DNA of 64,000 nt from Eledone cirrhosa (GCA_964016885.1 OZ024742.1:171058001-171122000), one strand, 5' to 3'; shown: positions 25,360 through 41,277, numbered from the stretch's first letter. Numbers and translations are program-made. Notes: a model not told the origin generated them from the letters alone.

Positions 25360-27665
25360 ACCTATTTAGTGTTTTTTCCTGACTTTTTGCGAGGGTTGGA
25401 ATGTAGAGGAAGCTTTATGAAGGCAATTTGAGAATAATTAACTTTTTTGTTAATTAAATTTTCATAATTAGTAATTATTAATAGGGTCTCCATAGTACAG
25501 AGATTGCAGTTAGGTGATATTGAAGAATTCAAGTAGATTCGACTTACACAGCTTCGACCAAGAAATCGAGTATTTTAAATTTGTGTCTTTTAACGACCAT
25601 ATAAGTTGTGATAAATAAGTCGAAGATTTCCTATTAGGATTCGAAAGAGAGCATGTGTGATTCGAAAATCTTAATTTAAATGTCGATGAAGTTGCACCAA
25701 TATAGTTGTATGCGATGTTATTTGCTTTTACGGTGCATTTATAGACCAGATTGCTATCCAGAAAATTATTTTGCAGAGGGCAATCTGATCTATTTTTACA
25801 ATTACATTTCGATTTATTGTTATTACTATATATTGGACAATTGACATTAACATTGTTAGTACTTTGAAGTGTTCTATTGATTGTGCTTAGATTAATGTTA
25901 TTGTTATTCCTAGTATTAATATTGCTAGTGTTATTATATTCATTATCATTAATTGTTTGTTGATTATGATTTAGAATTCTACTATTTATTTTTGCGATGT
26001 TCTGGGCCATATTCATAGTTGTAGAATAAGAAAGCTTAATTGTGTGTCTGTTAAATATGGAACGGTATTTGTGTTGAATGGGGAAGCATTTATCTAAAGC
26101 TTTAAAGAATAGATTTGCGAGTGGTGTTTTTATTACTACAGAAGCTGGGGGGGGGGGGGGGGGCAAACCATCTAACTGATTTAGTTCTGATTTTTTTTAC
26201 CGATTTATTCACGATATTGGTGTTTGTATTATAATTTTTAGAATCTCGTTTATATATGTTAGTCTTATTTTTATCAGGATTATAATTCAAATTATTATTA
26301 TCTATATATTCAATATTATTTTTATAACCTGCCTTTCGTAGCGCGTCATTATAATATCCTGCTTTTTCATCAAATATGGATTTATTAGCGGTTATTCTAG
26401 TTATGCGTTTCTGTACACTATTGACTGTTGCATTTTTCACGGATTTAGGGTGATTAGAGTAATAGCTAACGTAATTTAAGTTTTCATTGGGCTTATGGAA
26501 AGGGTAATAAAAACCTGAGTTTAAGTTAAGGGTAACGTCAAGGAAATTAACTATTTTGGTACTACTTTCAACTTCTAATTTAAGGTCATAATTTTTAAAG
26601 AATTCAATTATAGTTTTCTTAACCCTATTTAGTTCTGTATTGCTATGTTTGACAACCGTAAATAAAATATCGTCCCTATATAAACCACCGGTAATCTCCG
26701 GCAGTTTTCTATTTACCATATTTAAGATAAAAATCCCAGAAGATCGGTGACCCATGAGTCCGATGATCCCATGGTAATATCAAAGTTTCTATTCCTATCT
26801 GAACGGGTCCAATACTCATTGTTGAAATTAATTAGAGTTCTTCTAGCAGTTAATATGACATTGATTTCATCCGTAGTTAGATCTGTATGTTCGTAAGCAT
26901 AAGACAAAGCCTTATTTAATAGGTTAGGTGTAATAAAAGAATAATAGCTTGCTATGTCCATTTGGATGAATTTGTGATTTTTCTTATTAATCTATATTTT
27001 TAAACCAGTCAATCACTTCCATAAGCGCAATTTAGACTTCAATTTCAGAGTAGGTACAATTCTATAAATAATATTCTTACTGGTTACTCCAATATCCGAT
27101 TTAGATGGAGTTATCAGTCTAACTGGCAGGTCTTCCTCAAAGTTTCTCTTGTGATCCTTAAAATTTATCCTCGGCAGTCTAGGTATAAAAGGCTCGGTTC
27201 TTCCTTCAATTCCAAGTTTGGCTATTAATTTAAATGCATCATTATTGATGTCTATAAGATCTTCGGCCGGGGCTTTTCTATAATTTTTAAAATTAAATCA
27301 TTATATTCAGCTTTATCTATCCCATAGAAATTGTTGGTTTTGTCAGACTTCACCAATATTTTATTAACTTTTTTTATATCCAAGATTTTTTCCTTTAGAG
27401 TTCTAAGGTATTGGTGACATTTATATGGGTTTTTCTTGAATTTAATCTTCTTTAGTATATTAAGCATTTCTGTTTCAAAATCCTCCAGGATTTTGTTGTA
27501 AGGAGGATTTTTTCTAGATTTAAAAATAGTTTCGAAATAACTGTTGTTGCTTTTCTTTTTAGCTTCTATATTATCGAAATGAAATGCACGCCATCTCACT
27601 CTTCTTATAAAAGAGTTTGTTTGCTCTATAAGTTTCCTCATGAATTCTTCATTAGATGGTATAGG
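25360..27665 (-). pseudogene. PLE RT + GIY-YIG ORF, disrupted
   Basis: Fragments FIRRVRWRAFHF, KSDKTNNFY, DIASYYSFI, FDITMGSSDS, GGLYRDD, VNFLDVTL, SNHP, WF.PP, CNCKNRSDCPL, VYKC, YIGATS. Confidence 0.88.
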
Positions 27666-27791
27666 TATATCCCATAAATTTGTTCATGTCTCAATCTTAA
27701 GGTATATAAATATTGAGTTTTGTCATATCTTATTCACTACCATGAATGAATCTTAACCATCTACGAAGTCAGGGTATGTCATGCATCATCT

Positions 27792-27858
27792 TATTTTATC
27801 TGATGAGGACGTACTGTTAAAAATAGCTCAGTACCTCTGAAATATGTATAATAAAATA
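27792..27858 (+). ncRNA. Minimal type I hammerhead ribozyme (mirror copy at 22969-23035, minus, downstream of the ORF)
   Basis: TATTTTAT-CTGATGA(27800-27806)-GTACTG/CAGTAC-GAAA(27839-27842)-TATGTA-TA-ATAAAATA. Confidence 0.8.
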
Positions 27859-27996
27859 TATTTGATCACACTAATGTCTATTTTTGTTAATATTTTGAAT
27901 TAATATTAATAACTCCGGAAAACCATTGCTGTTGAGTGCTTCCAATCTATTGTAAAACTCATTCTTTGATTTATTCATTGGACCTTGTTTAACCTT

Positions 27997-27997
<1 letters not shown>

Positions 27998-28053
<56 letters not shown>

Positions 28054-28134
28054 ATACATATATATACATATATATATAATGCATATATATATGTATACAT
28101 ATATATATATAATACATATATATATATATATACG

Positions 28135-28171
<37 letters not shown>

Positions 28172-28456
28172 GTTTATATATATATATATACATATATATA
28201 TAATATATATATATATGTTTATATATATATATATACATATATATATAATATATATATATATGTTTATATATATAAATATACAAATATATCATACATATAT
28301 ATATATATGTTTATATATATATATATATACATATATATATCATACATATATATATATATGTTTATATATATATACATATATATCATACATATATATATAT
28401 GTTTATATATATATACATATATGTATATATCATACATATATATATATACATGTATA

Positions 28457-28504
<48 letters not shown>

Positions 28505-28505
28505 T
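27998..28505. repeat. Interrupted (TA)n microsatellite
   Basis: Direct reading. Confidence 0.9.
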
Positions 28506-28509
28506 ACAC

Positions 28510-28915
28510 AGTTCAAGAGTAACCAATCTTAAAGGGAGAGATGGAGATAGTAGAGGAGATATGAGAGGAAAGATTGGTGAGTTAGTTAGAAGCCAAAGCG
28601 TAAAGGCATGTGCTCAATGTGCAATATACGGTAGAAAGCAGCTTGGTGGCTGGGTTCATGGAGAGGTTAGGTGCGCAGAGCGGGAAATATTTCATTAGTT
28701 AAGCAAAACAAGACCAGAAATTTCACAAGGAAGACATTATTAAAAGATTGTCAACATATTTTAGTTTGATGTAAGGAATGTAGAGAATAATAATACTAAT
28801 AATATTAATAATAATAATGTCCGTTTACAATTGTTTCGCTACTCCATATAATATTTCTGGATGAGATGACTGATCCAGAAATATTATATGGAGTAGCGAA
28901 ACAATTGTAAACGGA

Positions 28916-28974
<59 letters not shown>

Positions 28975-29069
28975 TCTACATTCCTTACATCAAACTAAAA
29001 TAGGTTGACAATCTTTTAATAATGTCTTCCTTGTGAAATTTGTGGTCTTGTTTTGCTTAACTAATGAAT
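28510..29069 (-). mobile_element. PLE-terminus hairpin element carrying only the 3' half of a hammerhead
   Basis: Arms ~28691-28862 and ~28873-29068; GAAA-CAATTG-TA half-core; bulged stem-loop at 28612-28681 on minus. Confidence 0.72.
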
Positions 29070-29127
29070 ATATACATATATATAATATATATATATATGT
29101 TTATATATACATATATATATATCATAC

Positions 29128-29176
<49 letters not shown>

Positions 29177-29324
29177 CATATATATATATAATATATATAT
29201 ATGTTTATATATATATACATATATATATAATATATATATATATGTTTATATATATATACATATATATATATACATATATATATAATATATATATATATGT
29301 TTATATTTATATACATATATATAT

Positions 29325-29380
<56 letters not shown>

Positions 29381-29656
29381 TATATATATATACATATATA
29401 TATCATACATATATATATATATGTATATATATATATACATATATATATATATACATATATATATATCATACATATATATATATATGTATATATATATACA
29501 TATATATATATACATATATATAAATATGTATATATATATAAATATATATACATATATATATATGTATATATGTATATATATATATATGTATATATATATT
29601 GATATATATATACATATATATATATATATGTATATATGTATATATATATATGTATA

Positions 29657-29705
<49 letters not shown>

Positions 29706-29718
29706 GTATATATATATG

Positions 29719-29755
<37 letters not shown>

Positions 29756-29768
29756 GTATATATATATG

Positions 29769-29833
<65 letters not shown>

Positions 29834-29866
29834 GTATATATATATATGTATATATATATATAAATG

Positions 29867-29897
<31 letters not shown>

Positions 29898-29912
29898 GTA
29901 TATATATATATA
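29069..29912. repeat. Long interrupted (TA)n/(TATG) microsatellite
   Basis: Direct reading. Confidence 0.92.
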
Positions 29913-29976
29913 GAGCGTGAAATTAATAAACATTCGTTGTACTGCCTCTCTGTTTTGTCCCTGTTCAAATTTTTCC

Positions 29977-30028
<52 letters not shown>

Positions 30029-30032
30029 TATA

Positions 30033-30578
30033 AACCTCTACACAAACATACCCCACAACTATGGAATAACAGCAGTCCAATACTGGCTTAACACACACCC
30101 ATCAGAAATACCGACACGCATCAACAAAGATTTTATCACTGACGGACTCCGCTTTATCCTACAAAATAACTACTTCACATTCAATGGTTCAACATACAGA
30201 CAAGTATCAGGTACGGCAAGGGGCACGAAAGTAGCACCCACATATGCCAACCTAGTCATGGGATTCCATGAACAACAAATATACAGTCAGTCCCTTCTCT
30301 TATTTGGAGACTCTTTCCACACACACTACATAGGACAGACGGGCACCTCATTACGCAAAAGAATGACCATCCACCGCCAACAAATCCGGGACGCTAACAC
30401 AAGAAAAATCCCCTTGAGCAGCCATATTGCGAAATGCGCAGGAATGACACTACCCAACTTTAAAATCTTCCCCTTCTACAAGTGCTCAGATTCGTTCACA
30501 CAGCAACAAAGAATAAACAAAGAAAATCTATTCCTTAACAAATTTAAACCAAAACTAAACGGGTTATCACCCCAATAG
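30033..30578 (+). pseudogene. Neptune/Poseidon-type PLE fragment: RT motifs fused in frame to GIY-YIG by an internal deletion
   Basis: NLYTNIP...[12 protein letters not shown]...[18 protein letters not shown], then directly [19 protein letters not shown]...PKLN; the catalytic YxDD region is missing. Confidence 0.8.
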
Positions 30579-30904
30579 AATTGTCATAAAATATAAACAC
30601 ACATACGCACGGAGTGACAGATATATGTGTTTGTATGTGTGCATGTATATAATTATCACTACTATTAAAGACCAGAGACCAATTCTGTAGAATCAGGTTT
30701 ATTCGTTGACAGACCATGCCTTTGTGTGACCAACACATCCATGTTAAACCCTGCACGCGCACACATATATATCTATATATATATATATGCGCACACAGAA
30801 TTGACCACTGTTGGTTGCGGGGTCCAATCTACATGAAGAACTCAATGTGATCAGAATGACTTGTATTTTAATTTCACTGTCCTAACTTCTTATATTATGT
30901 AAAA

Positions 30905-31253
30905 AATATATGTGTATGTATGTATATATATATATTTGGAGGCCATTTCTCTGTGTGTGGGTGTATGTATGTGTATATGTGTGTGTGTGTGTGTGTGTAT
31001 GTGTGTGCATGTGGATGTATGTATTGTGTGTGCGTGTGTGTGTGTATGTATGTTTGTATCTGGATGTATGCGTATGTGTATATATATATATGTGTGTGTG
31101 TGTGTATATATATGTGTGTGTATGTGTATATATGTGTGTGTGTGTGTGTGTGCTTGTATGTGTGTATGTATATATATGTGTGTGTGTGTATGTATGTGTG
31201 GGTGTGTGTATATATATGTGTATGTATATGTGTGTATATATGTGTATGTACAC

Positions 31254-31297
<44 letters not shown>

Positions 31298-31422
31298 CTG
31301 GATGTATATGTATGTATATATATATATATGTGTGTGTGTATATATATATATGTGTGTGTATGTGCATATATGTGTGTGTGTATGTGTGTATGTATATGTA
31401 TGTGTGTGTGTATGTATGTGTG

Positions 31423-31456
<34 letters not shown>

Positions 31457-31505
31457 TATGTATATGTATATGTATGTATGTGTGGATGAAGGTATGTGTG
31501 TATAT
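30905..31505. repeat. (TG)n/(TA)n compound microsatellite
   Basis: Direct reading. Confidence 0.9.
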
Positions 31506-31819
31506 ACAGGTGTAAGTGCACTAAATCCCTTTCTATCAATCTCCCCTCTCCTACCGACCACAGGGAGATATATGTATGTATACTGCTTCCACCCCCTCAC
31601 TGACCAGCAGCTGGCCATCTGGCCATTGCTAAATCTGACCTTTATAAAATAACCCACACCCCCAAATAACTTCTCATTCACTACCAGAAAGGCACACAGC
31701 AGTCAACTTGCGGCTACCAAGATGAAAACTACTATGAAATCCCACAATGAATTTTATACTTGAATTTTCAAATCTCAAATTTTAACTCTTCTTATTATAA
31801 ATTTTTCTTAATATTAATC

Positions 31820-31867
31820 AACATTTGAAAAGATGGCTTTTGCAGACCCATCGAAACCGGTCATTTT
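31820..31867 (+). ncRNA. Minimal hammerhead, U3-A8 variant, weak stem I
   Basis: TTGAAAA(31825-31831)-GATGG/CCATC-GAAA-CCGG-TC; stem I AACAT/ATTTT has one mismatch. Confidence 0.55.
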
Positions 31868-31983
31868 TTATACCCTTTATTATTTCCTTACCTTATAAAA
31901 TTATATGTTTTTTCACAAAAAAGTATTCTGTCTCTTATATATTCCATGTGCCATTACCAACCTCAATTTTCTCTATATATATA

Positions 31984-32022
<39 letters not shown>

Positions 32023-32024
<2 letters not shown>

Positions 32025-32479
32025 GTGTTAAAGTTTGCTTGAAGCATTGTGAAATGTGTAAAAATACGTATTTAAGAAAGCCACAACAATGCAAAGGGAA
32101 ATCTCGAGGTAGGAAGTGAAATATAGATAGGAAAAACAGGTGAAAGTGAAAGTTGAGAGAGACAAAGATGAAAACAAAACAAAGGTAGAAGGGTTACCGT
32201 AGTAGAGATTTTAATCCCAATATTTCGGGCTCACGCCCATCAACGGGGGAAAAGTTCCAAAAGGGGGGAAAAACAGGCCAAGCGGAGAAAGTGTTGATGT
32301 CGTTGATGGGCGTGAGCCCGAAATATTGGGATTAAAATCTCTACTACGGTAACCCTTCTACCTTTGTTTTGTTTTCATCTTTGTCTCTCTCAACTTTCAC
32401 TTTCACCTGTTTTTCCTATCTATATTTCACTTCCTACCTCGAGATTTCCCTTTGCATTGTTGTGGCTTTCTTAAATACG

Positions 32480-32487
<8 letters not shown>
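32023..32487 (-). mobile_element. Hairpin element with ~186-bp arms in (TA)n, degenerate hammerhead-like motif
   Basis: Arms 32059-32245 and 32301-32487; minus strand TCCC-CCGTTGA-T-GGGC/GCCC-GAAA-TA-TT-GGGA. Confidence 0.7.
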
Positions 32488-32541
<54 letters not shown>

Positions 32542-32553
32542 TATAAATATATG

Positions 32554-32586
<33 letters not shown>

Positions 32587-32631
32587 GAATATATGTATAT
32601 ATATATATGTATATATATATATGAATATATG

Positions 32632-32702
<71 letters not shown>

Positions 32703-32748
32703 ATATATATATGTATATATGTATGTATATATATGTATATATATATAG

Positions 32749-32782
<34 letters not shown>

Positions 32783-32862
32783 GTAGATATGTATATATAT
32801 ATATATGTATATATATATGTATATATATATATATGTATATATATATGTATATATATATGTAT

Positions 32863-32970
<108 letters not shown>

Positions 32971-32972
32971 AA

Positions 32973-33037
<65 letters not shown>

Positions 33038-33039
33038 GA

Positions 33040-33073
<34 letters not shown>

Positions 33074-33138
33074 GTATATATATATATGTATATATATATG
33101 TATATTTTTTTATAAGTACATATATATATACATATATA

Positions 33139-33357
33139 TATATTGTTATACGTTGGGAGGGTCATGTTGCCAATAAGAAACACACGCACCAGGTGCTTTC
33201 ACTTCATATTTATAATAAATTTATTATAATAAATTGAAGTGAAACCAACTGGTGCGTGTGTTTCTTATTGGCAACATGACCCTCCCAAAGCATAACAATA
33301 TTGGTTTCAACACACGATTTCAGATAAAGAATCTTGCTAAACAAATTCAGAAACGAT
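33139..33357 (+). mobile_element. Second copy of the 20267 hairpin element, short loop
   Basis: High similarity to 20267-20335 and 20620-20745. Confidence 0.78.
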
Positions 33358-34159
33358 ATATATATATACATATATATATATATACAGAGAGAGGGAGAGA
33401 GCGAGAGAGAAAGAGAGAGAAAGGAGTGCAAGAGAGGGAATGTGTGAGAGTGAAAGAGTAAAAACATTAAGGGGTAACAAAATATTTCTATAATTTAGTT
33501 CTATATTGCAGAATTACTTGTAAAGTCTTGCGTATATAAACATGTTTTCGAGGGAAACATACTGATATTACACGTGGCAGACTCCTATTGTACATTTGCA
33601 GATGCCTATAATACATTTGTTTGTAAATACACATAAACACACACATAGTATTGTATACATACAAATATATACGCATGCATACATATATATACATACATAC
33701 AAACACATACATACCTCTACTTGTAAACACACATACACATATACACGTAGTTGTATATACATACCTATATCCATACAAACAATATAAGTTTGAGTCTAAA
33801 TATATGAAACATCCTGTTCGTTTATATGAGCATGATTATGAGCCCCCCCCCCCATATATATATATATATATATAGATATATATACACACACACCGAAATA
33901 ACACTTTCAGAGCCACATACTTATATACAAACATAAATATGTTCATGCACACATATAATCAGAGAGATGTATATAAAATTACCAAAAAGTACCCATTCAC
34001 AGACACATCATATACCCATACATCGGCAAAACTATGCTCTTACATATGTATTGTTGGGTGTACACATACACACACTCACGTACCCACATCAATACATACA
34101 TATATATAAACACACTCTAGAAAAACATTGCTATTCAAATACGGCACGGCGTGTGTTGT

Positions 34160-35573
34160 TTGATTTGATCCTTCCAGTTCTTTTGACAGACCCATGGGCT
34201 CATTCGACAGTGTAGAGCTCTGTGACCTTAGTGGTTTATGCACTTTAGATCTGTCTATGAAACCCTTTATTTTAATTAATTTTAATCTCTATCACGACGA
34301 CGGTTTAGCCATTTTCACTAATGCTAGTGAACACCTACATGATAGATAATGAAATAATGAATATACTCCATTATTTAAGCACATTAGATATAAAACTAGA
34401 CTTATCAACTGCTCTCACCATTGTTAATTTCTTATACGTCACCCCCAAGTTAGTAACACCCAACACACATCATATAAGAAACACAAGAAGCTCGCCTATT
34501 AATACAGAATCAATCCTCCCATCCACACTTTTAGAAACCGGATTAAGACTATTTATAAGAAACTATCTAATCTATACTCTAATAACACTATTTTTGATAA
34601 GGCAGCTTGCTATTACAATGATGTAGTAAAAACTAACAATTTTAAAGAGAAGATAGTTCACACACCCCAAAATATGACTAAAATTCCTGGACTACATAGA
34701 ACAGTAATGTTACCTGGTACATCCGCCACACTCAATTTTAAGTAGAAGGTAGATTATACTCCCAACAATATATCTAAAATTCCTAGACAACATAGAAAGG
34801 TATACTGTTACCTGGTTCAACCCCTCTCAATGTAAAATCTATTGTTGCCAAACTCTCCTCTACCATAACAGATAACTAACCTCCTCATCCCAGTTATACA
34901 CATAAACATATATATATAACGTGTAGTCAATTTGCCTACCCTCACCACCGAGCAATTTGTTGTATTATATGCATACATACACACACCTTCATATATACAC
35001 AAACGTATATTATATATGTACTTATTCAGAGGCCATCAGAAAAGAGTTAATCTTGTTTACAACTAACAAAACAATTTGTAATACACGAATATGTAAAATT
35101 GTTAAAACAAATATTTTAAATTTACAAATTACGCATTGAATATTCTTTTTAAAAATATGGAAGAGATTTGACTACATATATATTTCCACTCAATTTCTCT
35201 TTCTATTTTCTATTTGACCTTTTTTTGTTTAAATCAAACCTCTTTAGTCTGTGGTTTCTTTCCTGATGAAATATTAGAGTCCGAAATGTTAAGACGCTTT
35301 CATTTCTTCTGTTAAGCGTTAACATAATATATTAATATGACAATGCATTGTTCTCCGGTGGTGTATTTTTCCACCAGTATGCATGTGTGTAAATATGTTT
35401 ATTTTTCCAAACTCCGCTGATCCAACTCTCTCTCTCTCTCTCTTTCCCTCCGAACTGGTTATTTCCTGAAGAAGGTCTTATATCCGAATCTTTGAAAACC
35501 TCATTTACTTCTTCCCAAGTGTGAAACAAATAAGACTTTGTGTTTTTGAAGGCGTGCGTCTTGTTTATTCTTG

Positions 35574-35575
<2 letters not shown>
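34160..35575 (+). mobile_element. Highly decayed Hydra-like PLE
   Basis: FDRPMGSFDSVELCDLSGL, LYHDDGLAI, IVNFLYVT, VTWFNP; degenerate CTGATGA..GAAA (~35253) and CTGAAGA (~35466) downstream. Confidence 0.6.
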
Positions 35576-35621
<46 letters not shown>

Positions 35622-35708
35622 GTCTAATAATACATCACATATATATATATATATGTCTAACCCATGCTAGCGTGGAAGATGGACGTTAAACGATGATGAT
35701 AATGATGA

Positions 35709-35746
<38 letters not shown>

Positions 35747-36495
35747 GTGTGTGTGTGTGAGTAAATGATGCGTGTGCGTGCATAAGTGCATATTTGTGAG
35801 TGTGATTTCTGTGTAGTCTCCTCATTTACTCATCTCTATCTTTTCCTATCAATATTCTTAACAATATATTTCTATTTTCAAATTCAACTCTTTATCTTAT
35901 CATTTCTTTAGTGAATTATTAGAAGTTCCCCTTTCATTAAGGATATAACGCAAATACATCTGTACCATATGCATTGCTAGATATACAATACATAGACGTA
36001 AAAAGCCTACTCTTATTGGTATGACTCTCTAAGTATTAATCAAATATATCAATTGAATGTATATTGATATGCTATCTAAATCGCTGGCTTATTTGTACAG
36101 AGAACGTACACCGCTACCGGTCCTATTATTTTGTATGTAACTTTGTTGAGTTGTTATTGCATTATAGATATAGCTATAACAAACAAGATATTTGCTAAAA
36201 TCAATCTTTATATATTGCCTTAAAATCTTTATTGCTACACCAGCAAAGCACATATTTAGCTTTGCTCTTCAGAAATTCTACGTTTTTTTCCCAATGGAAG
36301 CTTATTAGTGGTGTATTACTTAGGATGTAATATATATTGAACCATCAATATAGGCAGCAATAATAGATAGATAGGATTTAAAGATGCGTTTAGTGATAAC
36401 TATATATATATATATATATATGTGTGAGTGTGTGTGTGTATGCATGTGTATGTATATATGTATACATACACATGATGTATAACACACACACACTA

Positions 36496-36553
<58 letters not shown>

Positions 36554-36849
36554 GTTTGTCACATACATTTCTGATCAGATGGATAGGTAGATAAAAGAGA
36601 CAGCACTTATCTGGAATGTTATAATATACGCATACACAGACGTGTGCAGTTTCTCCCCCTTCTCATTCACACGCATGCGCACCACCATATTACGTCCGTG
36701 TTCCATGCTAACTAGAGTTGAATAGGTTGTCAGACTCCGAGTCAGTTGTAACTGTCATCCCTGACAGATCGTACATTCCAATTTAAAACATAGATGCTAA
36801 GTCTAAGTAGAGTGCCATTGGATGGGGTGGATGATACTTAGTAGAAAAA

Positions 36850-37408
36850 ATAATTGTTTCTACTTTAGGCACAAGGCCAGCAATTACCCAGTGCATTACT
36901 GGTACTTTATTTTATCGACTCCGTAAGGATGAAAGGCAAAGTTAACCTCGGCGGGATTTGAACTAGAATGGCAAGGGCCGTAACTCTATTCGTCAAAGCA
37001 AGGCGTCCGACCCTCTACCGATACAGCCAATTCACCCAAGAACAAATAATTGTTTCTACTTTTGGCACAAGGCCAGCAATTACCCAGTACATTACTGGTA
37101 CTTTATTTTATCGACCCCGTAAGGATGAAAATCAAAGTTAACCTCGGCGGTATTTGAACTCAGACTGTAAAAGGGACGTAACTATGCTAGAAAGCATGGC
37201 GTCCGACCCTTTACCGATACTGCCAATAATTGTTTCTACTTTTGGCACAAGGCCAGCAATTACCCAGTAAATTACTGGTACTTTATTTTATCGACCCCGT
37301 AAGGATGAAAGGCAAAGTTAACCTCGGCGGGATTTGAACTCAGAATGGCAAGGGCCGTAACTCTATACGTCAAAGCATGGCGTCCGACCCTCTACCGATA
37401 CTGCCAAT
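36850..37408 (-). mobile_element. Tandem array of three SINE copies
   Basis: Units ~36850-37037, ~37047-37227, ~37227-37408. Confidence 0.88.
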
Positions 37409-37878
37409 AATGATGGTAAAACATATTGAACAAGGACACATTCAATGACATCCATTGTTACATACATATTATGAGGGTAGAGCAGTAGAGCAAAAATGAA
37501 AAAGGTGATGGCAAAAGGGATTGGATAATGATAGACCAAATGCGATTCCTCATTACGTATGTGAAGAGAAAGTGGAAAATAATAAATGTGAGAATACTGA
37601 TTAAGATAGAAGAAAGAAATGGCCAAGAGAACCAATGCCCTTTTCGGATGAAACGCACGTAGGTGCTTTTGTATAAACATGTTCAAAATATGCTGGCCCT
37701 ATATACTCACTTGGTGGTTGTGATAAGATAATGTCACTTTTATACAAATAATTGCCGTAGGTTTAGTTGTTTTCATGGTGGGTGTATTTAGGTAAGGTTT
37801 TAATGGGGTTACTGGTTTTATTTAATGTCTAATTTAGTAAGGTCGGGTGTAGCTTTATGGATTACGATTGCTTAACAG

Positions 37879-37959
<81 letters not shown>

Positions 37960-37963
<4 letters not shown>

Positions 37964-38900
37964 CCGTATGTGGTTAACGGCTGAGAGAAAACATAACGGC
38001 TGATAACAACATAGGTAACGATAGTAATAGTCTTACTTCGGGCACTAGGAGCGACCGCGACCGACAATGCAACTGTCGAGATCAGGGAGGCTTCCCGCTG
38101 ACAGATAATGTTATTTATAGGTGCACCGTAACTACCCATAATAGCGTTAAGCATTATATAGGGGCCACCTCTGGCTCGTTCAAAACTAGATTTCGAACAC
38201 ATCTCCACTCTTTTAGAAACAAAAAACTAAGATACTCCACGTCACACGCCAATTACATCACAACATTAAAATACTCCAACATCAGCTTCTCCACATACTG
38301 GGAAATTGTGAGCAGAGCAACGCCGTACCACTTCAAGAGGAAATGCGAGCTCTGCCTCATGGAACTTTACCATATCGTAAGAGCACCCCTGGAGCTCATC
38401 AACAGCAGAGCAGAATCGGTGTTAAACTGCAGACACACAATACAGCAGTCTTTCTTTGGTTGGAACCCGGTTGAGACCTGAACACCATAAACTGGGTCCC
38501 CCTGCACCAAATTATAACACGCCGGTGGGTAGGTTGCACAAATAAACATCTGTAAACCAACTATGCCTCTCAGACACGGCCCGAATGGACAATAGTAAAG
38601 TAGCACCCATAAAATAGTAATGGAAAACAACCATCATGTGAACGGATAATAAGCCATTTGGGGACATTTATTCAAACATCGGCCAAAGTTACTCCCCTTG
38701 CTCTGTGACAATTACAACATGCCTGTTTGAACTAAAAATGAACTTTGATGTGATTATCACATTAAAACCCCTCCTGGGTCCTGTACCGAACACTCTCTAG
38801 ATTTGTATGCCCTTGAGAAGCCCTTTTCGGATGAAACGCACGTAGGTGCTTTTGTATAAACATGTTCAAACAGTATATATTCTCCTTTGTAATCCTTTCA
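37960..38900 (+). mobile_element. 5'-truncated Hydra-like PLE (GIY-YIG remnant + 3' UTR with U3-A8 hammerhead-like motif)
   Basis: CNCRD, NVIYRC, HYIGATSGSFKTRFRTHLHSF, CELC, NCRH at ~38068-38480; TTGAGAA(38813)..GAAA-CGCACG-TA; a ~51-bp direct repeat of 38820-38870 lies at 37637-37687. Confidence 0.75.
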
Positions 38901-38922
38901 TATATATATATATATATGTATA

Positions 38923-39463
<541 letters not shown>

Positions 39464-39742
39464 GTATATATATATGTATATATATATATATATATATGTA
39501 TACATATATGTATATATATATATATATGTATATATATATGTATATATATATATGTATATATATATAACGGAGGAAATGTGGTAAGGAACTAGGTGGACCA
39601 TAACGCACGCCGTATATATGTATATATATATATATGTATATATATATGTATATATATATATATATATATGTGTATATATATATATATGTATATATATATG
39701 TATATATATATATGTATATATATATATATGTATATATATATG

Positions 39743-39773
<31 letters not shown>

Positions 39774-39823
39774 GTATATATATATAACGGAGGAAATGTG
39801 GTAAGGAACTAGGTGGACCATAA

Positions 39824-40463
39824 CGCACGCCGTTTAGGCATGGCACCCACAATTGCGATTTAGATTGAATTCATTTAGTTTATCTTAATTTTGGATATAG
39901 ATATATAAATACGGCTCCTTAATTGTAGAGCTAACTCTGTTGAAGGGAATTGACTGATATTTCTAGTTGTCGAATACCTATTCACGCCATTGAGATGAAA
40001 CCGTTGTCATGTGTAAAAACAACACGTGGTAGCGGCCAGTTAAAGATTTTGACACGAAGTGTAAACACGGATTGCTGTTATGTTGTTCTTCCTTGTTGAT
40101 AATCCAATAACATCCACTTTCTGTGACTTACCATCTGATTAATTGGTGAAATATATTTCTTTAATGAAATATATTCAGGGAAGATTAATCATTAAAAGGT
40201 ATCTATTTTTGAAGTTCTAGTTAACTTTATTTATTTGTTACCTACTAGCCATGCGTGGTTGCACGCTTGTAAAAATTATCTCCTGTGATTATTCATGTTT
40301 ATATTTATTTATATATATGTTGATCAATTTCTAGTTATTATAAAATGCTCGCACCTACAAAGTCTTTGAGCTTATTTTCCGGGCGATATGGCGCACGCCG
40401 TTTATGCATGACACCCACAATTTCGATTTAGATTGAATTCATTTAATTTATCTTAATTTTGGA

Positions 40464-40466
<3 letters not shown>
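39824..40466. repeat. Segment bounded by ~75-bp direct repeats, fused to a PLE terminus
   Basis: 39824-39898 is similar to 40392-40466. Confidence 0.6.

Positions 40467-41275
<809 letters not shown>

Positions 41276-41277
<2 letters not shown>

Larger units (their letters stand above)
22925..27997 (-). mobile_element. Near full-length Hydra-clade-like Penelope-like element with ~227-bp inverted terminal segments, in (TA)n
   Basis: Inverted repeat 22925-23152 / 27675-27901; frameshifted RT + GIY-YIG on minus; hammerhead in both repeats. Confidence 0.9.

Noticed and set aside
29376-30032. N-terminal part of the 400-aa ORF 29376-30578
   Set aside because: It is (TA)n read-through; only 30033-30578 is PLE-derived.
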